DNA of 36,582 nucleotides from Thermoplasmatota archaeon. GTDB taxonomy: Archaea; Thermoplasmatota; Thermoplasmata; SG8-5; JACRNV01. Every line of letters begins with the position of its first letter. Position 1 is the stretch's first letter. Under the pieces are notes generated by a model. The model searched no databases and was not told the origin of the DNA. It was given only the letters and a program-made list of their open reading frames with translations. The stretch is taken from contig JBFMEL010000003.1 in NCBI GenBank assembly GCA_040753455.1, positions 1 to 36,582 on the forward strand, in the 5' to 3' direction. Made by a program: the position numbers and the translations under genes. This document shows positions 13,089-22,589 of the stretch, piece after piece.

Positions 13089-14633
13089 TCACCCCCGCCT
13101 CACCTGATAGACCACGTCTATGACCGTGCCGTCCCTGTAGGCGATGATGGCGACGATGCGATCCGTGAATGCGGGCTGTGGGGGGCAGCCCCCCGCCTTC
13201 TCCTCCGCGCGCTTGGCCAGGTCCTGAATGTCCACCACTTTGAGCCCTGCCTCTTTCGCAGCCTCCAGGATGTCATCGCGCATCGGATTCACAGCGATCC
13301 CCTCCTCCGTCACCACCGCATCTATCGTTTCCCCGGGGGTGGTGACGTTTGTGACCCTGCGCACTACGATGGGCCAGCTCTTGCGGTGCGTGGGGCAAGC
13401 GATGATGCACAGCCCAGCGCCAGCCGCCACATCCTGGTGACCGCCTATGCCGTGCAGCAGGTAGCCATCCGAATGCGTGCTCACGTTCACGTTGAAGTCT
13501 ATGTCCACCTCCGTGGCGCTGAGGAACGCCAGGTCCAGCATCTTCACCAATTGCCCTCTGTTGAACGGGTTGGCATAGAAATCAGGCTCGATCTCGAAGT
13601 GCCCGTTCTCCGTGCGCAGGCTCTCCACGCTCTCCAGATCGAAGCTCTGCGTGTTAAGGATCATCTCCACCAGTCCCTCGCGCAGCATGCGCACGATCTG
13701 GCTGGTGATCCCCCCATGGACGAACCTTGCCCTCACCCCTTTCCCGCGCATCGCCTCGATCAGGCAGTCGATGGCTGCGAGGGATATGCCGCCAGCCCCG
13801 GCTTGAAACGACATGCCGTTCCTTACCACGCCGCAGGCGTCCGCCAGCGCCACAGCGCTCCTCGCGATCCCGAGCCTCTCAGTGTCTGTCGTGCGCTCCG
13901 TGGTGCCCGAGGAGATCCCCTTAGGATCACCGATCGCTGGCACCTGCACCACCCAGTCCGTGTAGACCTGCGGGATGATCGGCGGGAGCACAGGATACGG
14001 CGCAAGGTTGTCCGTGACCACGACCACGTTCCTGGCATACCGCGCATCTGCCAGTGCGTATCCGAGGGGTCCGCATGCAGACCTTCCATACCTTCCGTTC
14101 GCGTTTCCGTATCGGTCCGCGATCGGTGCAGCGATGAAGGCTGTATCTATTCGCAGTGCGCCGGTATGTATCGCGCGCACCCTGCTGCCGTGCGATCTCA
14201 GCACCGCCACGTCGTCCATCTTTCCTTCTGAAACTACACGACCCACTGGACCGTTGATGCTGCCCTCGATCGATGCTATGGTGCCGTTCTCGATCATTTT
14301 CACGATGGGTTCGTGCACAGGGAACAGAGCGCTCTGAGCGAGCTTCAGACCCTTTAAACCGCGCCTGGCAGCCTCCTCCATCGCCATGTTGAGCACGTAA
14401 TCCCCATTCCTCAGGTGGTGGTGGAACGATAGGCATGCGCCGTGCGTGATCCCAGCGAGCTCGAAGACCTCCGGTATGCTGCCGACCAGCTTGTCTGTGC
14501 CGTAGTCGCTCGGCTTCAGCGGCAGGGGGACCTTCCAGCCCCTGGGGAAGCGCTCGTATGCCCCCTTGAAGGGCACGAGGTGCCTCCCGCGCACGAGGGT
14601 CGGGATCTCGCGCCCCACTGCGTTCTCAGGCAT
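13089..14633 (-). CDS. citF: Citrate lyase alpha subunit / citrate CoA-transferase family (copy 1)
   Basis: NAVGREIP, SFHHHLRNGD, RSHG.R, FQAGAGG, ATEVDIDFNVNV, GGHQD and YRDGTVID motifs. Confidence 0.92.
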   Translation of the reverse strand: MPENAVGREIPTLVRGRHLVPFKGAYERFPRGWKVPLPLKPSDYGTDKLVGSIPEVFELAGITHGACLSFHHHLRNGDYVLNMAMEEAARRGLKGLKLAQSALFPVHEPIVKMIENGTIASIEGSINGPVGRVVSEGKMDDVAVLRSHGSRVRAIHTGALRIDTAFIAAPIADRYGNANGRYGRSACGPLGYALADARYARNVVVVTDNLAPYPVLPPIIPQVYTDWVVQVPAIGDPKGISSGTTERTTDTERLGIARSAVALADACGVVRNGMSFQAGAGGISLAAIDCLIEAMRGKGVRARFVHGGITSQIVRMLREGLVEMILNTQSFDLESVESLRTENGHFEIEPDFYANPFNRGQLVKMLDLAFLSATEVDIDFNVNVSTHSDGYLLHGIGGHQDVAAGAGLCIIACPTHRKSWPIVVRRVTNVTTPGETIDAVVTEEGIAVNPMRDDILEAAKEAGLKVVDIQDLAKRAEEKAGGCPPQPAFTDRIVAIIAYRDGTVIDVVYQVRRG

Positions 14634-14642
14634 CCTTTCACC

Positions 14643-15170
14643 CTACCTGCTGCCCTTCCTAGCTTTGACGATCTCGAAATCTATGAAGTCGCAGTGGTGG
14701 ATGAGCACAGCCTCAGGGATGCGCTCGACCATCTCTCCTTCCTTAGAGTGCGCAGCGATGATGTGCACCATCTCGTCGGGCATGCCCACGATCATCGCGA
14801 GCCCAGCGCCAGATACAGGGTGCCGAAGGATCCTTCCATGGGGGCTCTTGACCACCACACCCCCCTGTCTAGTAAACTCGAGCAGCTTGCCGACGTCGTG
14901 CAGCAGCGCTCCAGCGATCACCAGGTCCATCCTGAGATCCCCCCGGGTTTCCGCTACGGCGATCGCCTGCCTCGTGACCATGCGTGTATGTGCTACGAGG
15001 GTCTCGCTGACCTCACCTGCGAGCAGGGTGAAGGGGATGTTGTCCAGTGTTTCCCAGCCCCCGCGCTTCATCGCCTCGACCCATACCTGGGCTGTCTGCC
15101 TTCGCAGCACAGCGTCCTTGATCCTCTCCATCTCAGGAAACGTCTTCTCGATGTACCCCACGCTGGTCAT
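14643..15170 (-). CDS. HD/HDIG-domain metal-dependent phosphohydrolase
   Basis: LVAH...LLHDVGK...RHPVSG...IIAAH...HHCD metal ligands. Confidence 0.85.
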   Translation of the reverse strand: MTSVGYIEKTFPEMERIKDAVLRRQTAQVWVEAMKRGGWETLDNIPFTLLAGEVSETLVAHTRMVTRQAIAVAETRGDLRMDLVIAGALLHDVGKLLEFTRQGGVVVKSPHGRILRHPVSGAGLAMIVGMPDEMVHIIAAHSKEGEMVERIPEAVLIHHCDFIDFEIVKARKGSR

Positions 15171-15961
15171 CCGCGTCCCTCCTGGAGGTCCCTCTCTGCA
15201 GGACCGTCATACTCGCAGTGCGCGATGGCGACGCGCCTCATCGGCTTGTACCTTTGTGTCTCCTCGTACACATGCGCCACGAGCCCTGCAGAGCGCCCTA
15301 TGAGAAAGAACCCTTTCCCCACGCGCCAGTCGAACCCCATATCCGAGATCACAGCCGCGATCGCGCCGTCCACGTTCAGGGGCAGCGCCTTTCCCCCTTC
15401 CCCCAGCGCCATCTCGATCCCCTGCGCTACAGCGATGTGATCGCCAGCGATCCCCAGTTCATGGGCTAGGGAGAGCAGGCGGGCAGTCCTGGGGTCTGCG
15501 GTGTGCAGCCGATGCCCATAGCCAGGGATGCGCTCCTTCCTCGCCTTTTTTTCTGTGACAGCAGCCTTCGCAGCCTCGGCAGGGGCAGTGCCTCTGGCAC
15601 GCATCTCTTGTACTGCCTCCTGCAGCAGCCGGGCGCACTGCTCTATAGCACCGCCATGCGCATCCCCTATGGAGAGCAGCCCTGCCGCCACCGCCGTGGG
15701 CAGCGGCACACCCCCCGAGGCGACGATCCGAGCAGCGAGAGCGCTCGGGGGCGTCACGCCATGATCTATCGACGCCGCAAGGATCGCGTCGATCATCCTC
15801 TCCTGCGCATCAGTAGGTAGCTCGCCCTTCAACAGCAGATGGACCAGACCTGCGAACGACACCCTCCCTATCAGGTCATCCTGCCTGTATCCCTTCGTGA
15901 CGATCTTGTTCTGAGAGGCATGGGTGATGGAGGTGCCCCAGAGCTCTTCCGTCATCCTCAT
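15167..15961 (-). CDS. Citryl-CoA lyase (Ccl; citrate synthase-like fold)
   Basis: W.TSIT, GYRQDDLIG, DHGVTPPS, HGGAIE, IPGYGHRLH..DPR, LNVDGA and RSAGLVAH motifs; the ~264-aa length is typical of Ccl rather than citrate synthase. Confidence 0.85.
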   Translation of the reverse strand: MRMTEELWGTSITHASQNKIVTKGYRQDDLIGRVSFAGLVHLLLKGELPTDAQERMIDAILAASIDHGVTPPSALAARIVASGGVPLPTAVAAGLLSIGDAHGGAIEQCARLLQEAVQEMRARGTAPAEAAKAAVTEKKARKERIPGYGHRLHTADPRTARLLSLAHELGIAGDHIAVAQGIEMALGEGGKALPLNVDGAIAAVISDMGFDWRVGKGFFLIGRSAGLVAHVYEETQRYKPMRRVAIAHCEYDGPAERDLQEGRG

Positions 15962-17505
15962 CCCTCCTCCACCTGGCGCACCACATCCGTCACGGTGCCA
16001 TCCCTGTACTCTATGATCCCGACGATCTTCCTGCCCCAGTGGAGCTGGTCGGGCTTCCCGGTCATGCCATACGCTGCATCGCGCAGTGCTTCGATAGTGC
16101 ACAGCTTCACCCCCCCGCTCCTGAGCTTCTCGATGATCTCCCTGCGCCTGGGGTTGACCGCCACCCCATGGTCGGTGACGACGATGTCCACCGTATCCCC
16201 TGGCGTGGTGACAGTGGTCACCGCATCCCTCAGAATCGGCACACGTTTCCTTACGATCGGCGTGATGATGAACGTCACCCTCGAACCTGCGGCTGCGTCT
16301 GCATGCCCGCCTGTCCCGTGCAGCAGTATCCCATCCGAGTGCGTGTTGACGTTCACGTTGAAATCCACATCCACCTCCGTCGCTCCCATGAAACAGGTGT
16401 CGAGCATGTGCGTCACGCAGCCCTTGGAATGCGGGTTGCCGAAGTGATAGTGCGAGATCTCCACATGGTTCGGATCCTCCCGTAGAGAGTTGATGGCAGG
16501 AATATCGAACGCCTGGGCATCGAGGATCTTGCGCACGGTGCCTTCGTGCAGCATCTCCACCACCAGCCCTGTGATCCCACCCACCGCGAAGTGTCCTGTG
16601 AGCCCCCTGTCCTTCATCCGCTCATGGAGATACTTCACGACTGCTAGCGTTGTGCCACCAGCCCCTGCCTGAAACATCAGCCCCTCCTTGATGAGCCCTG
16701 CTGCCTCCATCATATCGATGACATCGCTGGCCAGCTTTAATCTGGCGGGGTCTGTGGTGATCTCAGTGGTGCCAGAGGCAATCCCCTCAGGGTCGCCGAT
16801 CTTGTCCACCTGCACCACGTAGTCCACGCGGTGCTCCGGGATGCTGATCGGTGTGCATGGATAGTCCACTATGTTGTCGGTGATGATCACCACCTTCCTG
16901 GCGTACCAGGAGTCTGCGATCGCGAACCCCATCGGACCGAACATCCCCCTGCCCAGCACGCCGTTGCAGTTCCCCTGACCGTCAGAGGCAGAGGCTGCAA
17001 GGAACGCCACATCGATCTCGAGCTCTCCGCACTCGAGCGCCCGGGTGCGCCCCCCATGGCTGCGTATGACCACCGGCGTGGTGAGCGGGTGCTTGGAGAC
17101 GTAGTGCCCTACAGGACCGTTCAAGTTTCCCTCGATCCTGGTGACCACACCGCTCTTGATGTGCTCCACGATCGGCTCGTGTATCGGGAACATCGAGCTG
17201 TGCCCCATCCTGAGGTTCTTGATCCCCTTGGCAGCGATCGCATCGAGCACCTGGAGGATCACGTGATCCCCGTTCCTCAGGTGATGGTGGAAGGAGATCG
17301 TCATGCCATCCTTCAGACCCACGAGGTCTATCGCTTTTTCTAAGGAGCCCAGGAGCTTATCCGCCCCGGGTCCGGAGTGGACAATATGCTGCGCTATCCT
17401 CATCTTTTTCGGCTCTGGCGGTGAAGCCCACGCGCCCATGAAGGGTCTCAGCCTGCGCCCTGGCACCCTTTGGGGTATCTCTCTGCCTACAGCATTCCTG
17501 ACCAT
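15958..17505 (-). CDS. citF: Citrate lyase alpha subunit / citrate CoA-transferase family (copy 2, divergent)
   Basis: NAVGREIP, ISFHHHLRNGD, RSHGGR, FQAGAGG, ATEVDVDFNVNV, GGHAD and EYRDGTVTD motifs. Confidence 0.92.
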   Translation of the reverse strand: MVRNAVGREIPQRVPGRRLRPFMGAWASPPEPKKMRIAQHIVHSGPGADKLLGSLEKAIDLVGLKDGMTISFHHHLRNGDHVILQVLDAIAAKGIKNLRMGHSSMFPIHEPIVEHIKSGVVTRIEGNLNGPVGHYVSKHPLTTPVVIRSHGGRTRALECGELEIDVAFLAASASDGQGNCNGVLGRGMFGPMGFAIADSWYARKVVIITDNIVDYPCTPISIPEHRVDYVVQVDKIGDPEGIASGTTEITTDPARLKLASDVIDMMEAAGLIKEGLMFQAGAGGTTLAVVKYLHERMKDRGLTGHFAVGGITGLVVEMLHEGTVRKILDAQAFDIPAINSLREDPNHVEISHYHFGNPHSKGCVTHMLDTCFMGATEVDVDFNVNVNTHSDGILLHGTGGHADAAAGSRVTFIITPIVRKRVPILRDAVTTVTTPGDTVDIVVTDHGVAVNPRRREIIEKLRSGGVKLCTIEALRDAAYGMTGKPDQLHWGRKIVGIIEYRDGTVTDVVRQVEEG

Positions 17506-17598
17506 GAAACGCCCCCTTTGCAGGGGGCAACTAAAAGTGGAGGATAAAGGTTTTGGATGCGTGCCACAGCGGGAAACGCATCGGTACACTGGGGAGCG

Positions 17599-18504
17599 CT
17601 AGCTCAGGGAAGACCTGTCCACGATCTCCAGTATCTCTGTGCCATAGGAGGTGAGCCGCGCCTCACCGATGCCGTATATCCTGGAAAGCTCGTAGGCGCT
17701 GGTAGGCCTCTTCGCTGCAATCTCCCGCAGCGTGCGGTTCTCCATGACCAGGTATTTTGGGCGTGTTCCAGCCTTTGCATCCCTCCATTCCCTCAGGGCT
17801 CTCAGGATCTCCTCGGAGCACAGCGGCTCCCCTGGTGCATTGGAGAGCGTGCGGATCGCTTCGAGCCCGTCCTCGGTGATCCCGAGGGTCGGGTATCCAT
17901 CGTTCTCCCTCACATCCAGGAACCGCAGCTCGATGAGCTCCTCGATGCATCCTATGACCTCCTTCAACGGCTTGCGGCTCAGCGCGCCGTAGAGCCCGAT
18001 CGTCCAGAGCCTGAGGGAGAGGATGCGCCTGGATGCAGAGCCTGTGAGTATCCTTGCGATCGTGGTCTTTCCATACCTTCCGTTCGCCTGCTTCACGCAC
18101 TGCAGCACCGCCTGCTCCATCCCAAGCGCCTCTACAGGCACGTGAATCCCGTGCATCCCTTCCACCCTGGAGAAGGTGACCAAGATCTCTCGTCCGTCCT
18201 TGGCAAGGGCAGAGACCTCTATCTCCGCGTCCGCCATATTCCTGGCGATGGCGATGTCCGCTCCATCGTCTATGTAGCAGACAGGCTTAATCCCCTTCTG
18301 CGCAGAGTGGACTATGATGCTGCCCGCCGGGCGCACCAGGACCACGTGGTTCCCAGAGAACTCCTTCTCCACATCACCGTATCTGAAGAAGCCCTCGCAC
18401 ATCCCCGCGACCACTATCATCTCCAAGGCGTTCTCTATGCTTGCGCTCGTGGCGTTCGTCTTCTCGGCGGGTGCCACATCCCCGCCCTTTGCGTCGTTTT
18501 TCAT
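17599..18504 (-). CDS. Fusion protein: NucS/EndoMS N-terminal-like domain + RQC winged helix + HRDC
   Basis: VLVRPAGSIIVHS..GIKPVCY (NucS-N-like); LQCV....GRYGKTTIARILTGS...YGAL...YPTLGIT (RQC); LREWR...YLVMENRTLREIA.KRPTS..EL..IYGIGE....YG..IL (HRDC). SD GGAGG precedes ATG 18504. Confidence 0.8.
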   Translation of the reverse strand: MKNDAKGGDVAPAEKTNATSASIENALEMIVVAGMCEGFFRYGDVEKEFSGNHVVLVRPAGSIIVHSAQKGIKPVCYIDDGADIAIARNMADAEIEVSALAKDGREILVTFSRVEGMHGIHVPVEALGMEQAVLQCVKQANGRYGKTTIARILTGSASRRILSLRLWTIGLYGALSRKPLKEVIGCIEELIELRFLDVRENDGYPTLGITEDGLEAIRTLSNAPGEPLCSEEILRALREWRDAKAGTRPKYLVMENRTLREIAAKRPTSAYELSRIYGIGEARLTSYGTEILEIVDRSSLS

Positions 18505-18654
18505 GCGTTTACCTCCTGCTGTCTTCTTTGATCGGCACTTGCAGGCAGATGCCGACGAGCCGCGCACCCCCTCGGAGTATATCAACCTAAGGGGGGGAGG
18601 TGGGTGAAAGTACTGCGCCCGACAGCAGCATCCTCGGAGCCTCAGACTAGGGAC

Positions 18655-18706
18655 AGCAAAGGTTATAATATAGTTCGGATATATCGGTGTTGTAGTTACA
18701 TTGTAG
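18655..18706 (+). promoter_or_regulatory. BRE/TATA promoter of the bzd cluster with candidate operator
   Basis: AGCAAAGG-TTATAATA at 18655-18670; GATATATC palindrome at 18678-18685; near-palindrome TGTAGTTACA at 18691-18700; TTGTAG repeated at 11-bp spacing. Confidence 0.55.
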
Positions 18707-18719
18707 CCCAGGTGGACGT

Positions 18720-18863
18720 ATGAAGCAGGACCCTATGTCCAAGTTCGAGGTCTATGGCAGGGAGATGATAGAGAAAGAGGTCAAGCGGGCGGGCAACAGC
18801 GGCAGGATATATCTCCCACCCGACTGGGTCGGGAAGAGGGTGAAGATCATCAGGATCGATTGA
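18720..18863 (+). CDS. DUF2080-family small AbrB-like protein (47 aa; below the ORF-track cutoff)
   Basis: MKQDPMSKFEVYGREMIEKEVKRAGNSGRIYLPPDWVGKRVKIIRID, matching the EK.VK..GNS....LP..W.GK.V pattern. Confidence 0.85.
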   Translation: MKQDPMSKFEVYGREMIEKEVKRAGNSGRIYLPPDWVGKRVKIIRID

Positions 18864-18872
18864 GGTGGTGGC

Positions 18873-19346
18873 ATGACCAGGGTTTCTGTGAGGGAAATGA
18901 GGGCGGAGGACATCTCTCAGGCTGCAGCGATCCACAGGAGGATCACGAGGAGCGGGATGATCGCAGGAAAGGAATACCCGATCCACAAGCTATTCACGGC
19001 GTATCTCAAGCATACCCCAAAGACCTGCATGGTGGCGGAGATCGATGGGACAGTGGTCGGCTTCATAGTCGGAGAGATGAGGGAGTGGAGCTTCGGAGCC
19101 CAGCGCACAGGCTGGATCGAGATCGTCGAGGTGGATCCGCGGCACATGGGCGCGGGGATCGGCAGGATGCTGGGCAGGCGGATCATAGAGCATTTCAAGG
19201 GTATAGGGGCGGAGAGCGTGCACACAGCGGTGGCATGGGACTCGGGAGACCTGCTCTCCTTCTTCAAGGGGCTGGGGTTCGAGCGCAGCGCCCTCATCAA
19301 TCTCGAGAGGAGGATTGCAAGGAAGAGTGGAGCGCGGAGGCGATGA
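18873..19346 (+). CDS. GNAT-family acyltransferase
   Basis: VAEIDGTVVGFI, motif A VDPRHMGAGIG and FFKGLGF; SD GAGGTG. Confidence 0.9.
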   Translation: MTRVSVREMRAEDISQAAAIHRRITRSGMIAGKEYPIHKLFTAYLKHTPKTCMVAEIDGTVVGFIVGEMREWSFGAQRTGWIEIVEVDPRHMGAGIGRMLGRRIIEHFKGIGAESVHTAVAWDSGDLLSFFKGLGFERSALINLERRIARKSGARRR

Positions 19347-19347
19347 T

Positions 19348-20478
19348 ATGGAAGCCTTGAAGAGATTCGTGGATATCTATGAGCACAGACACGAGTATGC
19401 CAAGGGATGGAAGGAACGCACTGGCGGCAAGGTGATGGGATACTTCTGCACCTATGTGCCTGAGGAGATCCTGCATGCTGCCGGCGTGCTGCCCATACGG
19501 ATCCTCGGGAGCCACGAACCGCAGAACGTCACAGAGCCGCACATCTTCGGGATGTTCTGTCCCTTCTGCAGGGATGTGCTTGCCCAGGCGCTGATGGGGC
19601 GCTACGATTATCTCGATGGCATCATGATCGCGCAATCCTGCCTGCACGTGAGGCAGTCGTTCACGAGCTGGCAGAAGCACGTGCCAGTGGGATTCAGCTA
19701 CTATCTGCCGATGCCGCACAAGGTGCAGAGCCCTAGGTCGAGACCCTTCCTGAGGGCGGAACTCGCGCTCTTCAAAGAGAAGATCGAGGATTGGACAGGG
19801 AGAAAGATCACGGATGAAGCGCTGGACAGCTCCATCGCTGTCTACAATCGGTTCAGGGCGCTGATGCGCCAGCTCTACGATCTCAGAAAAGCCGATGCCC
19901 CTCCCATCACTGGAACAGAGGCGATGTACATCTCTGCCGCCGTGCAGATGATGGACAAGACCGAGGCAAGCGACTGCTTAGAGCAGCTGCTTGCAGCCCT
20001 GCACCAGAGGCAGGCACCAAGGGAGGGCACGCGCCTCATGATCATCGGCTCGGAGAACGACGATACTGGGCTCTTGAGGATGATCGAGGGCTGCGGCTCT
20101 ACGATTGTAACCGATGATCACTGCACGGGCAGCAGGTATTTCTGGAACTCGGTGGAGAATGGAAAGGACAGGCTGCAGGCGATCGCGGACAGGTACATTG
20201 ACAGGCCCAGATGCCCCACCAAGGACTGGGAGGAGAGGGAAAGGCTGCCCCACATCCTGAATCTGGCGAGGGAGTGGAATGTGCAGGGAGCGGTGCTGCT
20301 GCAGCAGAAGTTCTGCGACCCGCACGAGCTCGACATGCCAGCGATCAAGCAGCACCTGGAGAAGAACGGGATCAAGACCCTGTTCCTGGAGATGGATGTC
20401 ACAGTCCCCATCGGTCAGTTCAGGATCAGGACAGAGGCGTTCCTGGAGGAGTTCGGCTTGGAGGACGACCTGTTTTAG
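19348..20478 (+). CDS. bzdN: Benzoyl-CoA reductase, Bzd-type, subunit N
   Basis: [27 protein letters not shown] and QKFCDPH motifs of the HgdAB/BCR family; N-O-P-Q-M gene order. Confidence 0.88.
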   Translation: MEALKRFVDIYEHRHEYAKGWKERTGGKVMGYFCTYVPEEILHAAGVLPIRILGSHEPQNVTEPHIFGMFCPFCRDVLAQALMGRYDYLDGIMIAQSCLHVRQSFTSWQKHVPVGFSYYLPMPHKVQSPRSRPFLRAELALFKEKIEDWTGRKITDEALDSSIAVYNRFRALMRQLYDLRKADAPPITGTEAMYISAAVQMMDKTEASDCLEQLLAALHQRQAPREGTRLMIIGSENDDTGLLRMIEGCGSTIVTDDHCTGSRYFWNSVENGKDRLQAIADRYIDRPRCPTKDWEERERLPHILNLAREWNVQGAVLLQQKFCDPHELDMPAIKQHLEKNGIKTLFLEMDVTVPIGQFRIRTEAFLEEFGLEDDLF

Positions 20479-20489
20479 GAGGTGCGAAG

Positions 20490-21794
20490 TTGGCAGAAAA
20501 CAAATATCCCACGGAACCCCTGAGGTGCTGGGAAAAGGCAAAGAAGATCAGGATGGACTACTACAAGGGCTTCGCAGAGGCGCGTGAGAGAGGGGGGCTG
20601 AGATGGGCAGGCGGTGCCTGGTCCTTCGACGCGATCCCTGCAGGGCTGGGCGATGATGTCTATCCGCTTACTGGCGAGCCCTACGGCGCAAGCACAGCGT
20701 TCAACAAGGAGCAATCGCTCAAGTGCCTCGAAGCCACGGAGAAGGCGGGCTGGGCAAGGGACCTCTGCTCCTACATGAGGAACTACTGGGGATCGATCAT
20801 CTTGGACGAATATACGTTCGGAGGCAGGTTCCCCAAGCCTGATTTCCTCTGGCAGGACCACATATGCTGCTCGCACGCAAAATGGTACCAGGTCGCCAGG
20901 GAGCTGGAAGGTGGGAAGGTCCCGTACTTCTGCATCGATGTGGCTGCAGGTCCAGAAGATGAAATCACGGAGCACGGGATCGAGTATCTCGTGGGCCAGA
21001 TGCACGATGGCATAGAATGGCTCGAGAACGTCACAGGGCGCAAGTACAACGACAACATGCTGATCAAGGCTGTGTACAACGAGTGCAGGGCCACCAGCAC
21101 ATGGGCAGAGATATGCTGCCTCAACAAGCAGATCCCTGCCACCTTGGACGAGAAGACGATGTATTCCCTGTACGTGCTTGGGACATTGAAGAAGCACAGC
21201 CAGGAGGTCGCTGATTTTTACGAGGAGCTCAGGGACGAGATGAAGGACAGGGTGGCAAGGGGCATAGCTGCGATACCCAACGAGCGCTGCAGGGTGATGA
21301 CAGACACCCAGCCTCCATGGGGCTTCCTCAACGTCTTCAGGTACATGGAGAAATATGGATGCGTCTCTGTGGGCAGCCTGTACACCTTTGCGCTGATCGG
21401 CGCATGGGAGGTGAAGCCCGACGGCACATGGGGTCCGAGGACCACACCACAGCAGAGAGGGATCACTATAAAAGACAGGGACCAAGCCCTCAGGGTACTG
21501 GCGGAATGGAACCTCCACAAGCCCGAGTGGCAGCACTTCTACTCCTGCCATCTCAAGAGCGAGATGATGGTGCGCATCGCGAGGGAATGGAGCCTGAGCG
21601 GTGTAATGCTGCACTACAACAGGGGGTGCGAGGGCTTGAGCCTGGGGATCGCAGAGAACCGCCTAGCCCTCCTGGAGGCAGGCTTTCCAGTCATGGTCTT
21701 CGAGGGGAACATGGGGGACGAGCGCGAGTTCGATGAGGCAAGGACGATGGCGCGCATCGACACCTTCATGGAAACCCTCGGGATAAAGAAATAG
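20490..21794 (+). CDS. bzdO: Benzoyl-CoA reductase, Bzd-type, subunit O (TTG start)
   Basis: [43 protein letters not shown] and [11 protein letters not shown] motifs; SD GGAGGTG. Confidence 0.9.
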   Translation: MAENKYPTEPLRCWEKAKKIRMDYYKGFAEARERGGLRWAGGAWSFDAIPAGLGDDVYPLTGEPYGASTAFNKEQSLKCLEATEKAGWARDLCSYMRNYWGSIILDEYTFGGRFPKPDFLWQDHICCSHAKWYQVARELEGGKVPYFCIDVAAGPEDEITEHGIEYLVGQMHDGIEWLENVTGRKYNDNMLIKAVYNECRATSTWAEICCLNKQIPATLDEKTMYSLYVLGTLKKHSQEVADFYEELRDEMKDRVARGIAAIPNERCRVMTDTQPPWGFLNVFRYMEKYGCVSVGSLYTFALIGAWEVKPDGTWGPRTTPQQRGITIKDRDQALRVLAEWNLHKPEWQHFYSCHLKSEMMVRIAREWSLSGVMLHYNRGCEGLSLGIAENRLALLEAGFPVMVFEGNMGDEREFDEARTMARIDTFMETLGIKK

Positions 21795-21805
21795 ATGGTG
21801 ATCTG

Positions 21806-22588
21806 ATGCTGACCGCAGGTATAGATATGGGTGCGAAGAACATCAAGGTCGTGCTCCTTCGCGGGGATAGAACGATCGCGGCAAAGGCTCTGGTCCCCGC
21901 AGGACTCGAAGCCAGGGCGAACGCTGAGAAGGCGCTTCAGAAGGCACTCGAAACCGCGGGTGCGAGCATTGATGAGATCGCATATGTTGTGGCTACAGGC
22001 GCCGGGCGCGAGGACGCACCCCATGCCAACGGTACGATCACGGAGGTTTCCGCGGATGTGAAAGGGATACTGTTCACCCATCCGACCGTGCGCACGGTGA
22101 TCGCCGTGGGTGCGGAGGAGGGAAGGGGCGTGAGGTGCGACGAGCACGGCAGGGTCATAGACTTCGCGGTGAACGAGAAGTGCGCAGCCGGGGCAGGGGC
22201 GTTCACAGAGGCGATGGCGCGCGCGCTCGAAGTCCCGCTCGAAGAGCTTGGACCCCTTTCCCTCAGGTCCACGCAGGCAGTGCCGATGAACGCGCAGTGC
22301 GTGGTCTTTGCAGAATCGGAGGTGGTGACGCTGGTGCATGCCCAGACTCCCAAGGAGGATATAGCGAGGGCTGTCCACGACGCGATCGCTGACAGGATCG
22401 TCTCGATGGTGCGCAAGGTAGGGTTCGAGAAGGATATCGCCATAGTGGGCGGCATGGCGCACAACCCAGGGTTCGTGCAGGCTGTCAAAAGAGATTTGGA
22501 GAGCGATGTGATCATCCCCGATGACCCGATGTACGTGGGCGCGCTCGGCGCCGCGCTGCATGCCGCAGAGAGGGCAGGAGGTGGATGA
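21806..22588 (+). CDS. bzdP: Benzoyl-CoA reductase ATP-binding (ASKHA activase) subunit P
   Basis: AGIDMG, ATGAGR, NEKCAAGAGAF and QCVVFAESE motifs. Confidence 0.88.
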   Translation: MLTAGIDMGAKNIKVVLLRGDRTIAAKALVPAGLEARANAEKALQKALETAGASIDEIAYVVATGAGREDAPHANGTITEVSADVKGILFTHPTVRTVIAVGAEEGRGVRCDEHGRVIDFAVNEKCAAGAGAFTEAMARALEVPLEELGPLSLRSTQAVPMNAQCVVFAESEVVTLVHAQTPKEDIARAVHDAIADRIVSMVRKVGFEKDIAIVGGMAHNPGFVQAVKRDLESDVIIPDDPMYVGALGAALHAAERAGGG

Positions 22589-22589
22589 G

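Noticed and set aside
13080-18531. Plus-strand ORFs of 383, 332 and 324 aa
   Set aside because: They are antisense shadows of citF, ccl, HD and the HRDC fusion.
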